Virus record (IMG/VR): IMGVR_UViG_2579779007_000009
Location: 1 to 32,407 of that record
DNA from: a virus
Taxonomy: Duplodnaviria > Heunggongvirae > Uroviricota > Caudoviricetes
Length of the DNA: 32,407 bases
Direction: 5' to 3' (one strand)
Each line of letters begins with the position of its first letter. Positions within the stretch are counted from its first letter, which is position 1. Below are positions 8,814 through 18,702 of the stretch, in pieces. Made by a program: the position numbers and the translations under genes. The notes under the pieces are model-generated. The model made no database searches, was not told the DNA's origin, and worked only from the letters and a program-made list of their open reading frames with translations.

Positions 8814-9848
8814 TCAGCCGTTGTCAGTGTCCAGTGAGTAGTTTTTAAAGCGGATGACCTCCTGACCGAGCCAGCCGTTTATTTCCCGAATTCTGTCCTG
8901 TAACGGGATAAGCTCATTGCGGACAAAGACCTTTGCCACTTTCTCAATATCGCCCAGCGACCCGACGTTTTCCGGCTTGCCACCCATCAACTGAAAGGGG
9001 ATGCGGTGCGCGTCAAGCAGGTCAGCGGCGCTGGCTTTTTTGATATTAAAAAAATCGTCCTTCGTTGCCACTTCACTGAGCGGGATAATTTTAATGCCGT
9101 CGGATTTCCCCTGCGGGGCATAGAGAAACAGGTTTTTAAAGTTGTTGCGGCCTTTCGACTTCACCATGTTTTCGCGAAGCATTTCGATATCGTTGCGATC
9201 CTGCACGGCATCAGTAACGTACATGATGTATCCGGCATGTGCGCCGTTTTCGTAATACTTGCGGCGGAACAGCGTGGCCGACTCATTCAGCCAGGCAGAG
9301 TTAAGGGCGCTGAGATATTCCGGCAGGCCGTACAGCTCCTGATTAATATCCGGCTCCAGCAGGTGAAACACGGAGCCGGGCGTGAAAGGTGTCGGCTCGT
9401 TGAAGGACGGCACCCACCAGTAAACATCCTCCTCCACCCCACGGCGGGTATATTTTGCCGGCGAGGTTTCCAGTCTGATGACCTTACCGGTGGTGCTGTA
9501 ACGCTTTTCCAGAAACGCATTACCGAACACCAGAAAATCCAGCACAAAGCGGCTGAAATCCTGCTGGGAAAGCCACGGGTGCGGAATAAACGTTGAAGCC
9601 AGAATATTACGTTTGACGTAAATCGGTGAGCTGTGATGTACGGCAGCACGCAGGCTTTTTGCCAGACCGGTAAAGCTGACCGGTGGCTCATACCATCTGC
9701 CGTTACTGATGCACTCGACGTAATCCAGAATGTCACGGCGGTCGAGTACCGGCACCGGCTCACCAAAGGTGAATGCCTCCATTTTCGGGGCGCTGGCGGT
9801 CATTGTTTTCACCGCTGGCTGCGGTGTTTTCCCTTTTTTCTTGCTCAT
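8814..9848 (-). CDS. Q: Portal protein Q, 344 aa
   Basis: Full-length ORF whose translation matches recalled P2 gpQ; start overlaps the P stop (ATGA). Confidence 0.92.
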   Translation of the reverse strand: MSKKKGKTPQPAVKTMTASAPKMEAFTFGEPVPVLDRRDILDYVECISNGRWYEPPVSFTGLAKSLRAAVHHSSPIYVKRNILASTFIPHPWLSQQDFSRFVLDFLVFGNAFLEKRYSTTGKVIRLETSPAKYTRRGVEEDVYWWVPSFNEPTPFTPGSVFHLLEPDINQELYGLPEYLSALNSAWLNESATLFRRKYYENGAHAGYIMYVTDAVQDRNDIEMLRENMVKSKGRNNFKNLFLYAPQGKSDGIKIIPLSEVATKDDFFNIKKASAADLLDAHRIPFQLMGGKPENVGSLGDIEKVAKVFVRNELIPLQDRIREINGWLGQEVIRFKNYSLDTDNG

Positions 9849-11620
9849 CAGTAAAACTCCAGAATGGTGGATGTCAGCGGGGTGCTGATACCGGCGGTGA
9901 GTGGCTCATTTAACAGGGCGTGCATGGCCGCCCAGGCGAGGTCGGCGTGGCTGGCTTCCTCGCTGCGGCTGGCCTCATACGTGGCGCTGCGTCCGCTGCT
10001 GGTCATGGTCTTGCGGATAGCCATGAACGAGCTGGTGATGTCGGTGGCGCTGACGTCATATTCCAGACAGCCACGGCGGATAACGTCTTTTGCCTTGAGC
10101 ACCATTGCGGTTTTCATTTCCGGTGTGTAGCGGATATCGCGCGCGGCGGGATAGAACGAGCGCACGAGCTGGAACACGCCGACACCGAGGCCGGTGGCAT
10201 CAATACCGATGTATTCGACGTTGTATTTTTCGGTGAGTTTGCGGATGGATTCCGCCTGAGTGGCAAAGTCCATGCCTTTCCACTGGTGACGCTCAAGTAT
10301 TCTGAATTTGCCACCGGCCACCACCGGCGGTGCCAGTACCACGCATCCGGCGCTGTCGCCACGGTGTGACGGGTCGTAACCAATCCATACCGGGCGGGAG
10401 CCGAACGGATTCGCGGCAAACGGCGCATAGTCTTCCCATTCTTCCAGCGTGTCGACCATGCAGCGTTGCAGCTCCTCGAACGGGAACACCGACGCCTTGT
10501 CGTCAACAAATTCACACATGAACAGGTTTTTAAAATCGTCGGCGCTGTTTTCACGTTTGAGCTGCTCAATGTCGAACAGCGTGCAGCCGCCTTTCAGCGC
10601 GTCCTCAATGGTGACAATCTGCCGCCACTGGCCGTCTGCACAGAGAAGCCCACCGGCAAGGGCGTTATGACTGACGTCGATTTCCACGCGTTCGGCGGCG
10701 CTGGCGCGTCCCCGGTTGAACAGTTCACCCGACCAGAACGGGTAGGCGTCGTGCGCCAGCGTGGACGGGGTGGAGAAATAGGTCGAACGCAGGTGACTCT
10801 GTGAGGCCATACCTGATGCCACCTTACGCAGTACCTGAAAATTCGGGATCCAGAAAATCTCGTCGACGTACAGGTCGCCGTTATGGCTCTGCGCGGTGTT
10901 GGAGTTGGTGCCGAGAAAAATCAGTTTTGCACCGTTATTGCCCAGGACAATCGGGTCACCGGTCAGGTCAACGTCAACCAGCCGGGCAAAGGCGATGATG
11001 TATTCGCGGAACACATACGCCTGCGTTTTACTGGCCGACAGAAAAATCTGGTTATGACCGGTTTTCAGGGCGCGCAGCAGCGCCTCGCGGGAAAAATAAA
11101 ACGTCGCGCCAATCTGGCGGGATTTCAGGATATCGCGGATGCGGTGCTCAAGCCCGGCGCGATACCAGTGCAACTGATAGTCGAAAGACTGCTCAAAGAA
11201 AATCTGCTCCAGCTTTTCGATGGCCTCGTCACTGAAAAAATTCTTTTTCGGTTTGCGCCGCCCGCCTTTGTTGCGGTTAGCGACGTTCGGATTAAGGTCT
11301 GCCTCGTTGCCGGTCTGGCTGTAGCGGTTGACCCGTGCCAGTCGTTCAATCTGGCGTCCCAGCAGGTCAATTTCCTTGAAGTCACTGCCGGTTTTCTGCG
11401 GTTTGATGATGAGCTGGGTCAGCCGCGCTTCCAGACTCATTTCGACACGGCTGATGGGGGCAACACTGTCCCAGCCGTCGCGCTGTTTCCAGCTCTGCAC
11501 CGTCGGGCGTTTCATCTGCAACATGGCGGCAATCTGCGGCACGGAAAACCCCTGCCAGTACAGCAGCGCCGCCTGACGACGCGGGTCGTGTAAAAGAGTG
11601 GTGTCTGTGGTGATGGTCAT
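9848..11620 (-). CDS. P: Terminase large (ATPase) subunit P, 590 aa
   Basis: ORF trimmed to Met (MTITTDTTLLHDPRRQAALLYWQG...) as in recalled P2 gpP; GAGGT upstream. Confidence 0.92.
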   Translation of the reverse strand: MTITTDTTLLHDPRRQAALLYWQGFSVPQIAAMLQMKRPTVQSWKQRDGWDSVAPISRVEMSLEARLTQLIIKPQKTGSDFKEIDLLGRQIERLARVNRYSQTGNEADLNPNVANRNKGGRRKPKKNFFSDEAIEKLEQIFFEQSFDYQLHWYRAGLEHRIRDILKSRQIGATFYFSREALLRALKTGHNQIFLSASKTQAYVFREYIIAFARLVDVDLTGDPIVLGNNGAKLIFLGTNSNTAQSHNGDLYVDEIFWIPNFQVLRKVASGMASQSHLRSTYFSTPSTLAHDAYPFWSGELFNRGRASAAERVEIDVSHNALAGGLLCADGQWRQIVTIEDALKGGCTLFDIEQLKRENSADDFKNLFMCEFVDDKASVFPFEELQRCMVDTLEEWEDYAPFAANPFGSRPVWIGYDPSHRGDSAGCVVLAPPVVAGGKFRILERHQWKGMDFATQAESIRKLTEKYNVEYIGIDATGLGVGVFQLVRSFYPAARDIRYTPEMKTAMVLKAKDVIRRGCLEYDVSATDITSSFMAIRKTMTSSGRSATYEASRSEEASHADLAWAAMHALLNEPLTAGISTPLTSTILEFY

Positions 11621-11793
11621 GAATACCTCGCCGTGATGAATACACGGCAAGGCTACTGAGTCGCGCCCCGCGATTCGCTAAGGTGCTGTTGTGTCAGTGA
11701 TAAGCCATCCGGGACTGATGGCGGAGGATGCGCATCGTCGGGAAACTGATGCCGACATGTGACTCCTCTAATCACTATTCAGGACTCCTGACA

Positions 11794-12648
11794 ATGGCAA
11801 AAAAAGTCTCAAAATTCTTTCGTATCGGCGTTGAGGGTGACACCTGTGACGGGCGTGTCATCAGTGCGCAGGATATTCAGGAAATGGCCGAAACCTTTGA
11901 CCCGCGAGTCTATGGTTGCCGCATTAACCTGGAACATCTGCGCGGCATCCTGCCTGACGGTATTTTTAAGCGTTATGGCGATGTGGCCGAACTGAAGGCC
12001 GAAAAGATTGACGATGATTCGGCGCTGAAAGGCAAATGGGCGCTGTTTGCGAAAATCACCCCGACCGATGACCTTATCGCGATGAACAAGGCCGCGCAGA
12101 AGGTCTACACCTCAATGGAAATTCAGCCGAACTTTGCCAATACCGGCAAATGTTATCTGGTGGGGCTGGCCGTCACCGATGACCCGGCAAGCCTCGGCAC
12201 GGAATACCTGGAATTCTGCCGCACGGCAAAACACAACCCCCTGAACCGCTTCAAATTAAGCCCTGAAAACCTGATTTCAGTGGCAACGCCTGTTGAGCTG
12301 GAATTTGAAGACCTGCCTGAAACCGTGTTCACCGCCCTGACCGAAAAGGTGAAATCCATTTTTGGCCGCAAACAGGCCAGCGATGACGCCCGTCTGAATG
12401 ACGTGCATGAAGCGGTGACCGCTGTTGCTGAACATGTGCAGGAAAAACTGAGCGCCACTGAGCAGCGCCTCGCTGAGGTGGAAACCGCCTTTTCCGCACT
12501 TAAGCAGGAGGTGACTGACAGGGCGGATAAAACCAGTCAGGCATTCAGCCGCCTGAAAAACAGTCTCGACAACACCGAAAGTCTGACCCAGCAGCGCCGC
12601 AGCAAGGCCACCGGTGGTGGCGGTGACGCCCTGATGACGAACTGCTGA
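11794..12648 (+). CDS. O: Capsid scaffolding protein O, 284 aa
   Basis: ORF trimmed to Met (MAKKVSKFFRIGVEGDTCDGRV...) matching recalled P2 gpO; divergent from P. Confidence 0.92.
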   Translation: MAKKVSKFFRIGVEGDTCDGRVISAQDIQEMAETFDPRVYGCRINLEHLRGILPDGIFKRYGDVAELKAEKIDDDSALKGKWALFAKITPTDDLIAMNKAAQKVYTSMEIQPNFANTGKCYLVGLAVTDDPASLGTEYLEFCRTAKHNPLNRFKLSPENLISVATPVELEFEDLPETVFTALTEKVKSIFGRKQASDDARLNDVHEAVTAVAEHVQEKLSATEQRLAEVETAFSALKQEVTDRADKTSQAFSRLKNSLDNTESLTQQRRSKATGGGGDALMTNC

Positions 12649-12706
12649 CCGGCGTCAGTCAGTCCGGGAAAACCTTCACGATTAACCCTTAATTTCAGGA
12701 AAAACT

Positions 12707-13780
12707 ATGCGCCAGGAAACCCGCTTTAAATTTAATGCCTACCTGTCCCGTGTTGCCGAACTGAACGGCATCGACGCCGGTGATGTGTCGAAAAAATTCA
12801 CCGTTGAACCGTCGGTCACCCAGACCCTGATGAACACCATGCAGGAGTCCTCTGACTTTCTGACCCGCATCAACATTGTGCCGGTCAGCGAAATGAAAGG
12901 GGAAAAAATTGGTATTGGTGTCACCGGCTCCATCGCCAGCACCACCGACACCGCCGGTGGCACCGAGCGTCAGCCGAAGGACTTCTCGAAGCTGGCGTCA
13001 AACAAGTACGAATGCGACCAGATTAACTTCGATTTTTATATCCGCTACAAAACGCTGGACCTGTGGGCGCGTTATCAGGATTTCCAGCTCCGTATCCGTA
13101 ACGCCATTATCAAACGCCAGTCCCTTGATTTCATCATGGCCGGTTTTAACGGCGTGAAGCGTGCCGAAACCTCTGACCGCAGCAGTAATCCGATGCTACA
13201 GGATGTGGCGGTCGGCTGGCTGCAGAAATACCGCAATGAAGCCCCGGCGCGCGTGATGAGCAAGGTCACTGACGAGGAAGGGCACACCACCTCTGAGGTT
13301 ATCCGCGTGGGTAAGGGCGGTGATTATGCCAGCCTTGACGCACTGGTGATGGATGCGACCAACAACCTGATTGAGCCGTGGTATCAGGAAGACCCTGACC
13401 TTGTGGTGATTGTGGGGCGTCAGCTACTGGCGGACAAGTATTTTCCCATCGTCAACAAGGAGCAGGACAACAGCGAAATGCTGGCCGCTGACGTCATCAT
13501 CAGCCAGAAACGCATCGGTAACCTGCCGGCGGTACGCGTCCCGTACTTCCCGGCGGATGCGATGCTCATCACAAAGCTGGAAAACCTGTCCATCTACTAC
13601 ATGGATGACAGCCATCGCCGCGTGATTGAGGAAAACCCGAAACTCGACCGCGTGGAGAACTACGAGTCAATGAACATTGATTACGTGGTGGAAGACTACG
13701 CCGCCGGTTGTCTGGTGGAAAAAATTAAGGTCGGTGATTTCTCCACGCTGGCTAAAGCGACCGCAGAGCCGGGAGCGTAA
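12707..13780 (+). CDS. N: Major capsid protein N, 357 aa
   Basis: Translation MRQETRFKFNAYLSRVAELNG... matches recalled P2 gpN. Confidence 0.93.
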   Translation: MRQETRFKFNAYLSRVAELNGIDAGDVSKKFTVEPSVTQTLMNTMQESSDFLTRINIVPVSEMKGEKIGIGVTGSIASTTDTAGGTERQPKDFSKLASNKYECDQINFDFYIRYKTLDLWARYQDFQLRIRNAIIKRQSLDFIMAGFNGVKRAETSDRSSNPMLQDVAVGWLQKYRNEAPARVMSKVTDEEGHTTSEVIRVGKGGDYASLDALVMDATNNLIEPWYQEDPDLVVIVGRQLLADKYFPIVNKEQDNSEMLAADVIISQKRIGNLPAVRVPYFPADAMLITKLENLSIYYMDDSHRRVIEENPKLDRVENYESMNIDYVVEDYAAGCLVEKIKVGDFSTLAKATAEPGA

Positions 13781-13783
13781 CCG

Positions 13784-14527
13784 ATGACGAGTCCCGCACA
13801 GCGCCACATGATGCGGGTCTCGGCAGCGATGACCGCGCAGCGGGAAGCCGCCCCGCTGCGACATGCAACTGTCTATGAGCAGATGCTGGTTAAGCTCGCC
13901 GCAGACCAGCGCACACTGAAAGCGATTTATTCAAAAGAGCTGAAGGCCGCGAAAAAACGCGAACTGCTGCCGTTCTGGTTGCCGTGGGTGAACGGCGTGC
14001 TGGAGCAGGGCAAAGGTGCACAGGATGACATTCTGATGACGGTCATGCTGTGGCGTCTGGATACCGGCGATATTGCCGGTGCGCTGGAGATTGCCCGTTA
14101 TGCCCTGAAGTATGGTCTGACCATGCCGGGGAAACACCGCCGCACCCCGCCGTACATGTTCACCGAGGAGGTGGCGCTTGCGGCCATGCGCGCTCACGCT
14201 GCCGGTGAGTCTGTGGATCCCCGCCTGCTGACGGACACCCTTGAACTGACCGCCACGGCTGACATGCCTGATGAAGTGCGCGCAAAGCTGCACAAAATCA
14301 CCGGTCTGTTTCTGCGTGATGGTGGTGATGCCGCCGGTGCGCTGGCTCACCTGCAACGTGCGACACAGCTCGACTGTCAGGCAGGCGTCAAAAAAGAGAT
14401 TGAACGACTGGAGCGGGAGCTGAAACCGAAGCCGGAGCCGCAGCCCAAAGCGGCCACCCGTACCCCGCGTAAGACCCGGAGCGTGACACCGGCAAAACGT
14501 GGACGCCCGAAAAAGAAAGCCAGTTAA
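13784..14527 (+). CDS. M: Terminase small (endonuclease) subunit M, 247 aa
   Basis: Position after N; basic Lys/Arg-rich C-terminus; synteny with P2 gpM. Confidence 0.88.
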   Translation: MTSPAQRHMMRVSAAMTAQREAAPLRHATVYEQMLVKLAADQRTLKAIYSKELKAAKKRELLPFWLPWVNGVLEQGKGAQDDILMTVMLWRLDTGDIAGALEIARYALKYGLTMPGKHRRTPPYMFTEEVALAAMRAHAAGESVDPRLLTDTLELTATADMPDEVRAKLHKITGLFLRDGGDAAGALAHLQRATQLDCQAGVKKEIERLERELKPKPEPQPKAATRTPRKTRSVTPAKRGRPKKKAS

Positions 14528-14626
14528 CAACCGAATGCGCCCCGCGCCAGGGCGGCACGCCGGTCAGTGAGGGTGAATCACCTGACACTGCACCGGCGTC
14601 CACCGCCCGACTTTTCAGAGGTAGTC

Positions 14627-15136
14627 ATGATGACGCTGATTATTCCGCGAAAGGAGGCTCCCGTGTCCGGTGAGGGTACGGTGGTCATCCCGCAACCGGC
14701 AGGCGACGAGCCGGTGATTAAAAACACGTTCTTTTTTCCCGATATCGACCCGAAGCGCGTCCGGGAACGTATGCGCCTTGAGCAGACCGTCGCCCCCGCC
14801 CGTCTGCGTGAGGCTATCAAGTCAGGCATGGCGGAGACAAATGCGGAGCTGTACGAGTATCGCGAACAGAAAATTGCCGCCGGTTTTACGCGTCTGGCGG
14901 ACGTCCCGGCGGACGACATCGACGGTGAAAGCATCAAAGTTTTTTACTACGAGCGCGCCGTGTGTGCGATGGCGACCGCGTCGCTTTATGAGCGTTATCG
15001 CGGCGTGGATGCCAGTGCGAAAGGCGACAAGAAGGCTGACAGCATTGACAGCACCATTGATGAGCTGTGGCGGGATATGCGCTGGGCGGTGGCGCGCATC
15101 CAGGGCAAGCCGCGCTGCATCGTGAGTCAAATCTGA
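14627..15136 (+). CDS. L: Head completion/stabilisation protein L, 169 aa
   Basis: ORF trimmed to MMTLIIPRKEAP...; GAGGT upstream; length matches P2 gpL. Confidence 0.88.
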   Translation: MMTLIIPRKEAPVSGEGTVVIPQPAGDEPVIKNTFFFPDIDPKRVRERMRLEQTVAPARLREAIKSGMAETNAELYEYREQKIAAGFTRLADVPADDIDGESIKVFYYERAVCAMATASLYERYRGVDASAKGDKKADSIDSTIDELWRDMRWAVARIQGKPRCIVSQI

Positions 15137-15339
15137 TGAAGACCTTTGCGCTACAGGGCGACACGCTCGACGCCATTTGTGTCCGGTATTACGGGCGCAC
15201 TGAGGGCGTGGTCGAAGCCGTGCTCGCCGCAAATCCGGGACTGGCTGAACTGGGCGCGGTGCTGCCGCACGGCACCGCCGTCGAGCTGCCCGACGTTCAG
15301 ACCGCGCCCGTGGCTGAAACTGTCAATCTGTGGGAGTAA
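15136..15339 (+). CDS. X: Tail protein X, 67 aa
   Basis: ATG overlaps the L stop; MKTFALQGDTLDAICVRYYGRTEG... matches recalled P2 gpX. Confidence 0.88.
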   Translation: MKTFALQGDTLDAICVRYYGRTEGVVEAVLAANPGLAELGAVLPHGTAVELPDVQTAPVAETVNLWE

Positions 15340-15342
15340 CGC

Positions 15343-15624
15343 ATGACAGCAGAAGAAAAAAGCGTCCTGTCGCTTTTCATGATTGGGGTGCTGATTGTTG
15401 TCGGCAAGGTGCTTGCCGGTGGTGAACCCATCACCCCGCGTCTGTTTATCGGGCGCATGTTGCTCGGTGGCTTTGTCTCGATGGTTGCCGGTGTTGTTCT
15501 GGTGCAGTTTCCTGACCTGTCACTGCCTGCGGTGTGCGGCATTGGCTCCATGCTGGGTATCGCCGGTTATCAGGTGATTGAGATTGCCATTCAGCGCCGC
15601 TTTAAGGGCAGGGGGAAACAGTAA
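15343..15624 (+). CDS. Y: Holin Y, 93 aa
   Basis: Two predicted transmembrane segments (LSLFMIGVLIVVGKVLAGG, LLGGFVSMVAGVVLV) and a basic C-terminus; sits before the endolysin. Confidence 0.88.
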   Translation: MTAEEKSVLSLFMIGVLIVVGKVLAGGEPITPRLFIGRMLLGGFVSMVAGVVLVQFPDLSLPAVCGIGSMLGIAGYQVIEIAIQRRFKGRGKQ

Positions 15625-16121
15625 TGCCGGTAATGAACACGCATCAGAATATCGCCGCCTTTCTCGACATGCTGGCCGTGTCCGAAGGGACGGCGAACCA
15701 TCCGCTGACGAAAAACCGGGGCTATGACGTGATAGTCACCGGACTGGACGGGAAGCCGGAAATTTTCACCGACTACAGTGACCACCCGTTCGCGCATGGC
15801 CGACCGGCGAAGGTGTTTAACCGTCGCGGTGAAAAATCCACGGCCTCCGGTCGCTATCAGCAGCTTTACCTGTTCTGGCCGCATTACCGCAAACAGCTTG
15901 CCCTGCCGGATTTCAGTCCGTTGTCACAGGACAGACTCGCCATTCAGTTGATCCGCGAACGCGGTGCGCTGGATGACATCCGGGCGGGACGCATTGAGCG
16001 CGCCATTTCACGCTGTCGCAATATCTGGGCGTCCCTGCCGGGTGCCGGTTACGGTCAGCGTGAGCATTCACTGGAAAAACTGGTCACCGTCTGGCGTACC
16101 GCCGGCGGCGTACCGGCTTAA
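15624..16121 (+). CDS. K: Endolysin K (lysozyme-like), 165 aa
   Basis: Translation matches recalled P2 gpK; start overlaps the Y stop. Confidence 0.9.
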   Translation: MPVMNTHQNIAAFLDMLAVSEGTANHPLTKNRGYDVIVTGLDGKPEIFTDYSDHPFAHGRPAKVFNRRGEKSTASGRYQQLYLFWPHYRKQLALPDFSPLSQDRLAIQLIRERGALDDIRAGRIERAISRCRNIWASLPGAGYGQREHSLEKLVTVWRTAGGVPA

Positions 16122-16135
16122 ACGGAGTAAACACC

Positions 16136-16561
16136 ATGAAGAAATTATCCCTTTCACTGATGCTGAACGTGTCGCTGGCGCTGATGCTGGCACTGTCCCT
16201 GATTTACCCGCAGAGCGTGGCCGTCAATTTTGTTGCTGCCTGGGCGATTCTGGCGATGGTTATCTGTGTGGTTGCCGGTGGTGTCGGCGTGTATGCCACT
16301 GAGTATGTGCTGGAACGCTACGGGCGGGAGCTGCCGCCGGAATCGCTGGCCGTGAAGATTGTCACGTCGCTGTTTTTGCAGCCGGTGCCGTGGCGCAGGC
16401 GGGCAGCGGCTCTGGTGGTGATGGTGGCGACGTTTATCTCGCTGGTCGCTGCCGGGTGGATTTTTACTGCGCTGATTTACCTCGTGGCGTCGGTGTTCTT
16501 CCGGCTGATACGTACGGCCTGCCGTCAGCGTTTTGAGGGGCGGGAACCATGTCAAAGCTGA
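16136..16561 (+). CDS. lysA: Lysis timing protein LysA (membrane protein), 141 aa
   Basis: Several hydrophobic transmembrane segments; position after K as in P2. Confidence 0.85.
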   Translation: MKKLSLSLMLNVSLALMLALSLIYPQSVAVNFVAAWAILAMVICVVAGGVGVYATEYVLERYGRELPPESLAVKIVTSLFLQPVPWRRRAAALVVMVATFISLVAAGWIFTALIYLVASVFFRLIRTACRQRFEGREPCQS

Positions 16562-16974
16562 TGATTGTGCTGGTCGTGTTGTTATCACTGGCGGTGCCGG
16601 GGCTGTTTCTGGTGAAGCATGAAAATGCCAGCCTGCGCACCTCACTGGACAGGGCGAACAGCGTCGCCAGCGGGCAGCAGACGACCATCACCATGCTGAA
16701 AAATCAGCTTCATGTTGCACTCACCAGGGCAGACAAAAACGAGCTGGCGCAGGTGGCACTGCGTCAGGAACTGGAGAACGCCGCGAAGCGTGAAGCACTG
16801 CGCGAGAAAACCATCACGAGGTTACTTAATGAAAACGAGGATTTCCGCCGCTGGTATGGCGCTGACCTGCCTGATGCTGTGCGCCGGTTGCACCAGCGTC
16901 CGGCCTGCACCGACGCCAGTGATTGTCGCCAACGCCTGCCCGAAAGTGAGCCTTTGCCCGATGCCGGGCAGTGA
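16549..16974 (+). CDS. lysB: LysB, Rz-like i-spanin, 141 aa
   Basis: N-terminal transmembrane anchor MSKLMIVLVVLLSLAVPGLFL followed by a charged coiled-coil-like region; synteny. Confidence 0.85.
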   Translation: MSKLMIVLVVLLSLAVPGLFLVKHENASLRTSLDRANSVASGQQTTITMLKNQLHVALTRADKNELAQVALRQELENAAKREALREKTITRLLNENEDFRRWYGADLPDAVRRLHQRPACTDASDCRQRLPESEPLPDAGQ

Positions 16975-17119
16975 CCCGCAGACGAACGGCGATTTAAGTG
17001 CTGATATCCGGCAGCTTGAGAACGCGCTGGCACGCTGTGCCAGCCAGGTAAAAATGATTAAACACTGTCAGGACGAAAACGATGCTCAAACCCGACAGCC
17101 TGCGCAGGGCGCTGACTGA
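16829..17119 (+). CDS. lysC: LysC, Rz1-like o-spanin lipoprotein, 96 aa, in the +1 frame within and past lysB
   Basis: Signal peptide with lipobox LMLCAGC; start at internal Met of ORF 16712..17119; embedded arrangement typical of Rz/Rz1 pairs. Confidence 0.75.
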   Translation: MKTRISAAGMALTCLMLCAGCTSVRPAPTPVIVANACPKVSLCPMPGSDPQTNGDLSADIRQLENALARCASQVKMIKHCQDENDAQTRQPAQGAD

Positions 17120-17549
17120 CGCCGTCACGGTGCTGAAAACCAGTCCCGAGATGCTGCGGATATTCGTGGATAACGGGAGTATTGCCTCCACACTGGCGAC
17201 GTCTATGTCATTCGAAAAGCGTTACACGCTCAATGTGATTGTGACCGACTTTACCGGTGATTTTGACCTGCTCATTGTGCCGGTGCTGGCGTGGCTGCGG
17301 GAAAATCAGCCCGACATCATGACCACCGACGAAGGCCAGAAAAAGGGCTTCACGTTTTATGCAGACATCAACAATGACAGCAGCTTTGATATCAGCTTCA
17401 GCCTGATGCTGACCGAGCGCACGCTGGTCAGTGAGGTTGACGGCGCGCTGCATGTGAAGAATATCCCGGAACCTCCGCCGCCGGAGCCGGTTACCCGCCC
17501 GATGGAGCTGTATATCAATGGCGAACTGGTGAGCAAGTGGGATGAATGA
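17082..17549 (+). CDS. R: Tail completion protein R, 155 aa
   Basis: Synteny and size match P2 gpR. Confidence 0.85.
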   Translation: MLKPDSLRRALTDAVTVLKTSPEMLRIFVDNGSIASTLATSMSFEKRYTLNVIVTDFTGDFDLLIVPVLAWLRENQPDIMTTDEGQKKGFTFYADINNDSSFDISFSLMLTERTLVSEVDGALHVKNIPEPPPPEPVTRPMELYINGELVSKWDE

Positions 17550-17994
17550 GTTTAAGCGTTTTGAAGACCGGCTGACCGGACTGATTGAGTCGCTGTCACC
17601 GTCAGGGCGTCGACGACTGAGTGCCGAACTGGCGAAACGTCTGCGTCAGAGTCAGCAGCGTCGGGTGATGGCACAGAAAGCCCCGGACGGCACACCCTAC
17701 GCGCCACGCCAGCAGCAGAGCGCCAGAAAAAAGACCGGTCGCGTTAAGCGAAAAATGTTTGCGAAACTTATCACCAGTCGTTTTTTGCATATCCGCGCCA
17801 GCCCGGAGCAGGCATCAATGGAGTTTTACGGCGGGAAGTCACCGAAAATCGCCAGTGTGCATCAGTTCGGTCTGTCGGAAGAAACCCGGAAAGACGGTAA
17901 GAAAATTGATTATCCGGCGCGTCCTCTGCTCGGCTTTACCGGTGAGGATGTGCAGATGATTGAAGAGATTATTCTGACTCACCTCGACCGTTAG
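17542..17994 (+). CDS. S: Tail completion protein S, 150 aa
   Basis: Synteny and size match P2 gpS. Confidence 0.85.
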   Translation: MNEFKRFEDRLTGLIESLSPSGRRRLSAELAKRLRQSQQRRVMAQKAPDGTPYAPRQQQSARKKTGRVKRKMFAKLITSRFLHIRASPEQASMEFYGGKSPKIASVHQFGLSEETRKDGKKIDYPARPLLGFTGEDVQMIEEIILTHLDR

Positions 17995-18060
17995 TTGTGC
18001 CATTCCCGACACCTCATCGTCACATTGCCGCCGGTATGACCCGGCGGCATCCTTCCCGTT

Positions 18061-18702
18061 ATGAACACTCTCGCAAATATTCAGGAAATCGCGCGCGCAC
18101 TGCGCAACATGATCCGCACCGGCATTATCGTCGAAACCGACCTTAACGCCGGTCGCTGCCGTGTGCAGACCGGCGGCATGTGCACCGACTGGCTTCAGTG
18201 GCTGACCCATCGCGCCGGACGTTCGCGCACATGGTGGGCACCTTCCGTGGGGGAACAGGTGCTGATTCTGGCCGTGGGCGGTGAACTCGACACGGCATTC
18301 GTTCTGCCGGGGATTTATTCCGGCGATAACCCCGCGCCGTCTGCGTCGGCGGATGCCCTGCATATCCGTTTCCCTGACGGGGCGGTGATTGAATATGAAC
18401 CCGAAACCAGTGCACTTACGGTAAGCGGAATTAAAACGGCCAGTGTGACGGCTTCTGATTCTGTTACTGCCACGGTGCCGGTGGTTATGGTGAAAGCATC
18501 AACCCGCGTCACCCTGGACACACCGGAGGTGGTTTGCACCAACAAACTGATTACCGGCACGCTGGAAGTGCAGAAGGGCGGGGCGATGCGCGGCAACATC
18601 GCGCATACCGACGGGAAATTCACTTCTAACGGCGTTCAGGTGGATGACCACGGTCACGGTGGTGTTAAGTCAGGTGACAACTGGACACAGGGGACAAAAT
18701 GA
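18061..18702 (+). CDS. V: Baseplate central spike protein V, 213 aa
   Basis: Synteny; size; His-rich C-terminus HGHGG typical of spike tips. Confidence 0.88.
   Translation: MNTLANIQEIARALRNMIRTGIIVETDLNAGRCRVQTGGMCTDWLQWLTHRAGRSRTWWAPSVGEQVLILAVGGELDTAFVLPGIYSGDNPAPSASADALHIRFPDGAVIEYEPETSALTVSGIKTASVTASDSVTATVPVVMVKASTRVTLDTPEVVCTNKLITGTLEVQKGGAMRGNIAHTDGKFTSNGVQVDDHGHGGVKSGDNWTQGTK

Noticed and set aside
9006-11593. Several long antisense or alternate-frame ORFs inside Q and P (for example 9006..9596, 9920..10369, 10883..11593)
   Set aside because: Typical stop-poor frames in GC-rich coding DNA; they overlap well-supported structural genes and have Arg/Ala/Gly-rich low-complexity translations.
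11621-11793. Search for canonical Ogr-type late promoter dyads (TGT-N12-ACA) in the P/O divergent region and upstream of FI and V
   Set aside because: No exact TGT-N12-ACA match found by eye; only a TGT-N10-ACA upstream of V (about 17996..18011). Late promoters are probably present, but I cannot place them reliably without a motif search.
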